Part shown: positions 24,980 to 34,900 of the stretch, piece by piece
Position numbering within the stretch: the stretch's first letter is position 1
How the letters are laid out: the number at the start of each line of letters is the position of its first letter
Assembly: GCF_001186125.1 (NCBI RefSeq)
Contig: NW_014040439.1
Span: 107,749-147,285 of the forward strand
DNA from: Sphaeroforma arctica JP610
Taxonomy: Eukaryota
Reading direction: 5' to 3'
DNA: 39,537 bases
Program-made: the position numbers and the translations under genes
Notes under the pieces: generated by a model
The model's input: the letters and a program-made list of their open reading frames with translations, nothing else
Told to the model about the DNA's origin: nothing
The model's database searches: none

Positions 24980-25719
24980 ACAGGTTCATATGCACATGTG
25001 CAGATTGGAATCAATACCAGATTCCGTGCAGACATATTGTGTCAGTGTGTTAACACATAGGCAAACCTTTATTCCATCAGGCGTACTTCGACCACGTGTG
25101 GAAGCTCGAGATCAAGGATTCGAAAGACACGAAGTTTCCTATCATTGACGAAAACGATGTGGAAAACTTCGACTATGACACCATGGGAATAGGCGATGAT
25201 AAAGACAGAGACAGCGAAGATTTGGATGACGGTGACGGTGAAGATTCGGATGGACACAAAAGTGATGAATCGGATGACAGTGACAATGATGATGCGCATG
25301 ACGATGCCGGTGCAGATAAGCAACGGAGAAAGAAGTTTCACGATTCAAGTCTCATTTGAGCGAGAAGTATGGGACGTATCAAAAGCTGATGGGTGGAGTA
25401 TACAAACAAGCAGACACCAATGGCCAAAATGATTTTCTACTCGCCTTGATGGAGGTTATGAGTTTAATATTTAAGCGTCTTAATGATGCCGAACATGGTG
25501 ATGACAAGTTGGCAGCAGTGGGACGTGGGTTAGTGTTTTATTCCAAAAAGAACAAAAACGAACCTGTATCTCCATGTAATCTGTTCACCGACCCTGGACC
25601 AAGATCGAGACAGCCAGGAGGTCAAGCAACTAAACGCTACCATGGAGCTGAACCTCGAAATCAATCTAAAAAACCCCCGAACTGACACAAGAGATGGTGA
25701 TCGCAAATTAAGTCTTAGT

Positions 25720-26135
25720 GATGAGTGCGCATCAAATTCCAGTGGTGAGTGCGCATCAAATTCCAGTGGCGAGGGCGCATCAAGTTCCAGGGGCGAGGGC
25801 TTATCAACTCTAGATGGTATTTCTACTTTGTGGGGTGATTTGTTTGGCGATGACAAGGCTCATACTGCTTTGGTCGATGATATGCTAACCGGTAGCAAGG
25901 CGGAGGGAGGCCAGAGCGGTAGCAAGGCAGAGGGGGGCCAGAGCGGTAGTAAGGGAGAGGAGGGCCAAAGCGGTAGCAAGGCACAGGACAAAAAAAAATC
26001 ACAATCTAAGTCATTGGGCACCAATATTGACAGCGGTGTGTTCCATGAGCTAAAAGAGAATGGTCCCAAAGCCGATCCATCACCTAATCAAGCCGATCCA
26101 TCACCTAATCAAGCCGATCCATCACCTAATCAAGC
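25720..26135 (+). repeat. In-frame coding tandem repeats in the transposase C-terminal region (24, 27 and 21 bp units)
   Basis: ECASNSSG x3, GSKAEGGQS x3 and ADPSPNQ x3. Confidence 0.85.
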
Positions 26136-26659
26136 TTCACAATTCCAATCACAAGGCCGACATGCGTACGATGAGCTGACTCAATCGTCGCAAATCGATG
26201 AATCGATGAAGGTGCAGACAAGATCTCCTGGTAAAAAGGGTAGAGTATGTGAGATGTGCGGTGAGTCTGGGCATATTGGTGGAGTAAATGCATTTATATC
26301 AAGCGAAGGGGATAGGCAATTCCCAAGTCAACGCGTGAGGATTGGAATAACGAAATACCTCCAGTACAAACCAATCGGCTCACTAATAATATAAGTAACA
26401 GAAACGTTGAGATGATTCCTACTCAAAGAGCGAAATGTATCACTATATTGGGATACCATTTCGATACGCATGTTTCTAAAACCATTTTTTTAGTAGAAAT
26501 AATAGGGTCAGTGGATAATCTAAAACATCAGGGATTGCACTATTGGGCCAGTGCATCTGATTACAACTCGGATATCCAAGAAGAAAAGTACGGTAGTTTT
26601 TGTGGCCAACAGCTAAAAATGCTTCAATATAATACACTTTGCTATTAAAATATACTTAC

Positions 26660-26952
26660 ATACATTGCTATTATTATATACCTTCATTGCTATTATTACA
26701 TACCTTCATTGCTATTATTATATACCTACATGCTATTATTATATAACTACATTCCTATTAATATATACTCAAATTGCTATTGTTATATACTAACTTCCAC
26801 TGCTATATTTATATACTTACATTGCAGTATTTCTATACTGTCATTGCTATTACTATATACTCTTACGTTGCACTTACGTTGCTATTCTTGATATACACGG
26901 ACTTTCTTGGCGCATATATATATATATATATACATACACACACACACACATT

Positions 26953-26993
<41 letters not shown>
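26660..26993. repeat. TTGCTATTATTATATAC-type minisatellite followed by TA/CA microsatellite
   Basis: Repeat units are directly visible. Confidence 0.8.
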
Positions 26994-27677
26994 NNNNNNN
27001 NNNNNNNNNNNNNNNNNNNNNNNNNNNNNNNNNNNNNNNNNNNNNNNNNNNNNNNNNNNNNNNNNNNNNNNNNNNNNNNNNNNNNNNNNNNNNNNNNNNN
27101 NNNNNNNNNNNNNNNNNNNNNNNNNNNNNNNNNNNNNNNNNNNNNNNNNNNNNNNNNNNNNNNNNNNNNNNNNNNNNNNNNNNNNNNNNNNNNNNNNNNN
27201 NNNNNNNNNNNNNNNNNNNNNNNNNNNNNNNNNNNNNNNNNNNNNNNNNNNNNNNNNNNNNNGAAAGAGGTGTACAAGAATGCTAGGCATAGCAGCGGGA
27301 GGCGAGTATCGGGCGCTTGTCTAACGTGACGCGAGAGCACTAGCGCCAGGCATATCAGTGGGAGGTGAGTGTCGGGCGCTTATCAGGCGTAGCAGCGGGA
27401 AACGAGTGTGAGGTGCAGAGGGCAACGGGAGAGGTTCACATGTCGGTGTGAACTGGAATATATCTGTTTAAATAGCGATAATGTTATGTATTGATTTTTA
27501 TTGTTTATGGATTCACTCAGTATTACTTAGGTCGCTAAAACGCAGTATGTAAAGAAAAAGAGTAACGTGCGAGTAAAGTACTTGCTAGATAAAGTAAGAT
27601 ACTCACACAGTTACCAGTTACTGAAGGCAAATCCCTTCGCTTCTTTTAGACAAATAGTCATTAGTCCGAGTTGTAAT

Positions 27678-27935
27678 AGCCGGGCCTCCACATTAGACTC
27701 TATGTTATAAACAAACTCTTAAGCAGTACGTATACTAAAAACGTACTCTTAATAGTACAAGGAACTTAAGTTTCCTAAATGGGGTTTAATGGTTTTATTA
27801 ATTAATACCTTTTCCATTGTGCATATCAGATATTTGGACAAAGCCATTAAAAGGCCCCAGTAAAATACCAAACATAAGAGTTGGTCTAGTTCTATTAATA
27901 GAACTATATTTACTTTACAACTTTATGTATATCTT
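27678..27935 (-). repeat. Right terminal inverted repeat
   Basis: AGCCGGGCCTCCACATTAGA...CATTAAAAGGCCCCAGTAAAATACCAAA...TATGTATATCTT is the reverse complement of 20135-20386. Confidence 0.88.
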
Positions 27936-28613
27936 AATACTTTGTTAGCGAGATGGCTCAACCAAATATAGGTTTCTAGGGATTATTAACGTTACCTAGT
28001 TGATCCTCCGATCAGCCGTCCATATGTGCCAGTCTGATGAAGGCTGAGTAGGTATTTCTTGATAAGTGACAAGTTATTGGTTAAGACAATAACTAAGGAC
28101 ATCAAGAGTATTTCTATTTTTTATTTTATTTTTTTCTAAAGATAGGATTTTATGAGTCTCTCGGATTCGCCCCAGTGAAACATACCATAGTTTCTAATAG
28201 AGCGACAACGAAGCACTAAATAAAATCCCTTCGGCGGCAACAGTACTGAGAGAATTATATATAGGCAATGTCTCAGCCTCACAATCCCTCAGAGTATTGC
28301 TGTTTTCACGAGGCATACATAACTTTACTAAAAGTCTCATTTCGATTATTTACCTTGATATTTTCACGATACTTAGAATTTACCTACGCGTTTATTTACT
28401 CTAAGACGTTAATATCGCATTAATAGACCGAATCTTACAGTGTCAAAGTCTCCACACGCAGTAAACAACATTTATCGTATTCATAGTATTCACTGGCCCC
28501 ATAAAGGCGATCCCCGGATTGAAAGAACATTTCCTCCAAGCAGTATGCTGTAATTTAAATAATAAGCAGGACAGGACGCGTGGTAAGTAAATGTTTCAAC
28601 AAAATGTAGAAGC

Positions 28614-29663
28614 GAGCATGTATCAATGCATGCATTCATTTCTTCTTCACCTTGATCTGTATTGATATTGTAAAAATAGTGAGTTCCTAATTTATTATAA
28701 ACGTATCAACGTATCAACGTTTATACTTATAATACTGGCAGTAATACTGGGATACGTTTAACGAATTAGACATGAACAAGAGCTGCGAAATTCAAGATTC
28801 TGAACATGTGACAGTATTTAGTAGAGTATGGGACTTTACTGTGGACAATTAGGTGGCTTTCCAAATATAGATTGGGTTTTCCACTGAAATTAGAATTGTA
28901 CATAATATCGGAATGACACCAGCCTGACACCTGAATATGACACTTTGGGAATCTCTAATTAAAGGGNNNNNNNNNNNNNNNNNNNNTATGGTATAATTCG
29001 AAGATCTCAGAGCAAGATAATTCAATGAGAAAAGGACAGGATCAGAGTTGTTAGAATTTAGGACAACATGGTTTAACTCCTCCTAGCTAGCCAACTAGAT
29101 GTGCTCGTCTATGCCTTAAATGGGATGGGGAGCTGGGTACCAAGTGATGGGGTTTAGGTGCAGATATGTATACTGCACCGATTTGGTATTTTGATTTTAT
29201 TTTATATTTTCTTTAGTTGGACTTAGAGGTATTTTACTGGTTAGTTTGATTAGGTGATTGTTTCGAGGCGTGAAATGTAAACTAAGCGTCTAATGAAATG
29301 ATACCTAGTCTTAGTAAAACAAAAAATAATCTAGACCGAAGTAGTGAGTGATTAGAGCGGAGCCTATAGACAATAGTCTCAGTCTGAAATTCCCTAATCC
29401 TTTGCTCATTACCAAGGGCTGAAGCTAAACTTATTTAACATTTTGTATTTTAACATTTTAACGTACTGTATTAATAACGTAAACGTCTTGGTATCGTATA
29501 GTCAGCCTAGAGGAGACCAAGTCTTGCAAATGTCTCGCCACTAATTTAATGACAAAGAATTAGTTAGGTTGTTGGAAAGGACGTGTGAATGTATTGAGCT
29601 TGTATGCAATGCATGCTTTCATTTCTTCTTCGCTTTGAACTGCATTGATATAATAGCAATAGT
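28614..29663 (+). repeat. Diverged ~67-bp direct repeat (28614-28680 and 29596-29663)
   Basis: CAATGCATGC.TTCATTTCTTCTTC.C.TTGA.CTG.ATTGATAT occurs in both copies. Confidence 0.7.
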
Positions 29664-30099
29664 ATTTCTGATACGATTAATGATATAGAATCAATCAGAT
29701 CGGAAAGCAGACATACCATCAAGCATTATTTATACATATTTTGCATTTGCACGCATGCGCATGCGCATTATCAGCTTACCTTGATGTTACCAGTTATGGC
29801 TCCATTGATGCTCTCTCTTCTCTCTCCCCCCGTAAAGTTTGCTGTATGTAGCCAGATCAATTTCATAAATTTAGCATTATTTCATAGCAAACATCAGAAA
29901 GGCTACTGACACAAATACAGCTTATTTCACAAGATACCTCAGTTATCAGCTACGTATGCGATATACGATGCTAAAAAAAGAGTATTATTTTTCGCTCGTC
30001 TATATACACGTTAATTTATTTATTAATTTATTACCTACATCTTTCCCGCTCTTTCCAACAGATCAATAAAAACATACTACCTTTTTATAGTAAGAAGTG

Positions 30100-30399
30100 T
30101 ACGAGAGAGGGGCGTTCAACTTGGAGGGGGGCGAGAGAGGGGCGCTTAACTTAGAGGTGGGCGAGAAAGGGACGCTTAATTGGGGGAGGCGAGAGAAGGG
30201 CGCTTAACTTGGAGGGAGGCGAGAGCGGGGCGCTTAATTGGCGAGAGGCGAGAGCGGGACGCTTACCAGAGGGAGTCTTTACTGGACGCTTAACAGCCGT
30301 AGTCTTAACGGGACGCGTAACAGCCGTAGTCTTAAGAGTTAGTCATACCAGCCGTATTCTTAAGAGTTAGTCATACCAGCCGTAGTCTTAAGAGTCCCC
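30100..30399 (-). mobile_element. Orphan terminus of a related MULE/foldback-like element
   Basis: The minus strand starts GGGGACTCTTAAGACTACGGCTG, with tandem CAGCCGTAGTCTTAA(GAG) units. About 5-6 GCGAGAGAGGGGCGCTTAA units follow, the reverse complement of the 22524-22667 array. Confidence 0.55.
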
Positions 30400-31901
30400 G
30401 CTAAAATCACGCTAATTAAATCTTTAAAAAAGCAAAGTAAACTCGAGAAAGTATAAGTATGAGACTGGTAGGAAACTGGGCCTGAGGTGGTTTATATAAT
30501 TTTATTGTCACCGGTGCCGTATAAAGACATGCGTCCGAGAGTCTACGACTTCAACATTTTACCAGTAGTTGCTTTTTTAAAACCCCCCAATATTTTAACT
30601 GTAAATAAACTAATATGGATTTTAAACAAGTTCGAACCCTCGTCCTCGAGTCGAGTCCTCGACTTTGGGTCTTTGAAGGCTCGACGAGACAAGACAAGAG
30701 ACTCGAGACTGCTCTCTTCTTCGACTTTCGAGTTTCGAATCCTGCGCGAAAAAAACTAACTTTTCTGTTTTGTAATTTTTGAGAAGAAAAAAAGGTTAGC
30801 ATTTTGTTGGTTGTTTTTGTGAGTTGCAGTTTTGCGCCCTCTGAAGTCTGAACTTCTGAAGTCTGAACTTTTTAACCTCCGCATTTTAAAAAGTTTTCCT
30901 TTTTTTTAAAAACTAAACAAATAGTAAATACTTTCCAACTATAAACTGAATACGAAGGAATTTTTGACTTTTAGTGTTTCGTTGAAAAAACGGTAATGTG
31001 TAGCAGTACATTTAAAACATCGTAGTGAAGCACATAAGTTTTAATAAAAACTACTCGAAGTTTTAAAATTGAGTGCCATTCCAAATATAACTCGACGCAA
31101 TTTCGCTTGTATTTACTGTTTTGTGTAATTTATTTTTCTTTACTTTTTGTATAGCCTTCTGAAAATATCTTATTTAAAAATAGAACTTTTTTGGGGGCGT
31201 TGTTTTTTTGATACCCTGTGTATTTATGTACAGATGTATTTATGTACTGTATTTGTAAATATTTATTTATATACATAACAAAACAAAAAAGAAATATTTT
31301 GTTTTTTTATGAAAAATAAATAAATATACAGAGCCTACTACATAGAGTAAGCCTACTAAATAATAAATTTTTACTATAAAAATAAAGTTTATGGCAGAGT
31401 TGGAAAAATTAAAAAACCCCCCCCAAAAAAAGTTATGTTCAATTCATATTTATATGTATTTAAATATAAATATTTTCTTTGTACAGCGAGAGGGAGAGCC
31501 GGAGAGGTTCACGACTCGCGACTCAGGAGATGACTTCGGAGAATATATCGGATGAAGTGAACCCGCATGGATTCAGTTGCATCGCACTTAATTTACAATT
31601 ACGTGTCCGTTGGTTAGTATCTCCTTTTTATTGTATTCGCATCAGTACACCATAGTCGTCTGTAGGATAACAGGAGTAAGTGGAGACATTATACTTTAAC
31701 TAGATGAACCCAAACAAGGTTCGATAATATAGGCACATACTCACACTCACGACGCCTTTAACCTCGAAATATACAAGTTCACTCGCCATTAAATTTGTCA
31801 TAGAATATACACCCTCCTGTTCTACTTAATCTCAGGGCTGGCACACATATTCGTATGAATTTTAATTGATACAAATATAACAATTACGCGAAAGTCGAAC
31901 T

Positions 31902-34900
31902 ATGCTTGTACACCGATTGCTAGCACTGTTTGTATCCGTGCACGCCTCGCTGTCTTTGTCTATCTCCGACACACAACAACGGCAACAACTTGAATATGAT
32001 GGAGAGAGACAATATCGACAAGATACACCACTTTACGATAAATCACACGGCTCTTCTGTAAGCAGGAGGCAAGTATTATCTGAATGTGCCACCGAGCCTT
32101 GCAGACGTGGTACGTGTGTGGATGATGCGCAAGGATTCACTTGTATTTGTCCCGAAGGCTACAAGGGATATACATGTATCATAGAGATAGGCGGGCTTCT
32201 GGATGTACCGGACTTATCTCCAAGTCCATCTAGTACTCCATTGCCATCTCCTATAGCGATTCCGACTTCTATTCCAACTAAAACACCATCAGCAGCACCA
32301 TCAGCATCGAGTCACCCTACACAAGCGCCATCGACCACGCCCAGCCCGCTACAGCTCGTAAAGGGAATCAATGTAACAATCGCAAAAACTGCGAAGATTG
32401 GGACAGGTGTTACAATTGGGGATGATGTGACAATTGAACAGGACGTCGAATTGGGCGACTATGTGGAGATTGCAAGTAATGTAATCCTGTATAGAAATAC
32501 AAAGGCGGACAATTACGTAAGGATCGGTATTGATGTATCGGGTGAACCTAACTATCATTATCGACGAGCAGTTGGTGACGAACGCAGAGCTCTAACCATA
32601 ATCGGGAACAATGTTAATCTTCAGACCGCCTCAACTGTCGCCGCCGGGGCTAGTGTTTGTATGTGTAGTTTTATACAAGGATTATGTATATTTAGGATTG
32701 CTCAGTTTTGTCCTCGCTAACTATTTGTTGTTATGCTTGCGCTGTATAAATAATGACAGTAAAAGTTGAAACGCAGACATTCAAATGCGCCTGCAAAGTG
32801 CTTGTATAATTTTTGCTTTAGAATTGTCGAGTTTTGTATGCGGCCTGCACCAATATTATTTTAACTGTATCTGCATCCTTGTACGTCACAACATGTGTGT
32901 AATATCTACACTGCAACGAAAAGGTATAGTTTGTTATACATGTTTTCGAATCTGATGATCGTGGTTGGGAGTAGCAGTAGCCGAACGGCCTCAAATTACA
33001 TTCATGTGTGTAACCGTGAATGATGGCGCGTCAATATTTGACAGTATCTAGTCAGGCTTATAATTATGTACTTCATCAACCTTTATGTCACTGTATTTGC
33101 TGTGCTTGAATTTCAAAAATCGAGGTTTACAAAGTTCTTATCCCGTAATATGTGTCCAATGATGTCGTAGCCCCTGTGAGTATATTTGCACGTGTTATCA
33201 AAGGTATGCATATTGGGAACTTATTATCTATTTACCTTTTTCAACTTTTTTCCTTGCATACCTTCAGCTAGATACGCCACAATCGGAGAAAACTCTATCA
33301 TAGGACCCTCGACTGTGTTGGCGCAGTATGTTGATGTGGGCGCAAATACAGTTGTGGGGAGCAATTGCTCTTTAGGATCTTTCACCACGATCGGCGAAGG
33401 CGTTGCGTTGGGCCCGCTATCGAAGGTCGATACAAAGGTTATCATTGCAGATAATGTCAATATCGAGGAGGAGTATGTGCTTTTTTTTCTCCTTCGGCTT
33501 TCTCAGGGAGGACTGTTAGGTGTTGCAGGCACGTGATGATATAGTAGCCTCGTTTGTGTGCATCTCCAAATTTACTGTACGAATATTATAGCGACTCGTT
33601 CAAGCTACCTGAAAATTTGTACTTGCAACCTGAGTCGCACACCTTGGTATGTGCTATGTTGATCACTTAAATCCTTTTTTGAAGACAGTGTGAATCGAAG
33701 GAAGATTACAATCTCACAGCATTTTAATACTTGCATCACTCTTTAGATTGACAATTGGGAGAGGCTCAACAATAGATATCAATTCGTTCGTAGGTGCGCG
33801 CAGCACCATCGGAGAATCGGTGACCCTTGGATCTGGTAGGTCGTACACGGTTGTGTGTGATATCTACCCTTTTTGATTTTTTTTCATGAGTTTTGGGCCG
33901 AGTTTGAAGTGTTGGGAAACTCAATTAATTCTGTACAAATTCAATAAGGGAGGAAACGAAAACTCTACCCAGCCCCCCCCCGGTGCAAGGTGGATTTCCC
34001 CCCCCACTAGATTATCGTTAATTGTCTTGAATAAACAAATTCCCATCGTACGCATTCTCTACTTTTCAGACGTTGCTGTGGGCCCGGATACCGTCATAAA
34101 GAACGGAGCAAAGGTGGAGAACAACGTAAAGCTGGGAACCGCAACAGTCGTCGGTGATAGTGTGGTGATACCATATCAGACGGTTGGCGCCGATGGGCAG
34201 CAGTTTGTCGACGACACTTCTGTCTCGAGTATGTGAATGTAGTTTTTGTTCTGACACTTCTGTCTCGAGTATGTGAATGCAATTGACGTTCTGTCCTGCT
34301 AGGTGTAAATGAACTCGCTGTTCTAGAATTGAATGTACTACTGGAATACCAGAATAGATTCCAGTGGCGTTTTTCGATTCAAATTCTTTGAATCTAGTGT
34401 TATCTACATCGCTTGCTATGAATGTGTGATCCGATGGCGCCGTGCTCTCATATCACATAGAGCGAAATACTCACCCAGCGTGCGGTATAGTCGAGTCTAC
34501 CATGGTATGCATCTGATCTTTTTTTAACGTTTATTTGCTTTTACTTGTAATTGTTCTCTACTGCATTGTTGCGACGATTCTGGCTTGTACGCGTCTCACA
34601 TTATGCCAGCAACCCTCTAATTTTTAACAGTCAAACCTTATAGAAGTAAAATACGTCGCTTACATTTAATTTCGTCGTACAAACAGTGACATCAATAGTC
34701 GGCGCAGTTACCGGTGTAGTCGCGGCCCTCTTGATTGTCGGGCTTGGCATCTGGTGCTTTTTTGAACGTCGCAAACAGCAGGATATCGACAGATGGACTG
34801 GCAAGAAATCTAGCGAATCTATCGACTGTGAGATTTTCGAGACTGAGGCTCCGGTCTCAGTATTGCGCAATGTACGCGCTACATAGTAAGTTGCCGGGTG

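Larger units (their letters stand above)
21690..26648 (+). pseudogene. MULE transposase: FAR1/WRKY-like DNA-binding domain, DDE domain, SWIM finger, acidic tract, C-terminal zinc knuckle; spliced, with stops and frameshifts
   Basis: HSIKCDCKFK|LNF...FIHTEGC; VLWMT...NYRNFGRIVSMNA (first catalytic Asp replaced by Asn); ETKEVYRFAL; INFADG; SQMSESSNSQL; SWIM FICTCADWNQYQIPCRHI (from 24984); RVCEMCGESGH. Introns at 22509-22699, about 22923-23018, about 23145-23288, 23462-about 23734 and 24785-24983. Confidence 0.88.
20135..27935 (+). mobile_element. Mutator-like (MULE) DNA transposon, decayed, with long TIRs and subterminal repeat arrays
   Basis: About 250-bp inverted repeats flank an intron-containing MULE transposase pseudogene. 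No target-site duplication was seen. Confidence 0.8.

Noticed and set aside
11072..27340. Long ORFs containing X runs (for example 20617-21703 and 26774-27340)
   Set aside because: They are artefacts of N gaps plus flanking minisatellites.
31185..31434. Short inverted repeat in the AT-rich region upstream of the RTK (possible MITE)
   Set aside because: It is made of homopolymer tracts, with no TSD or defined ends.
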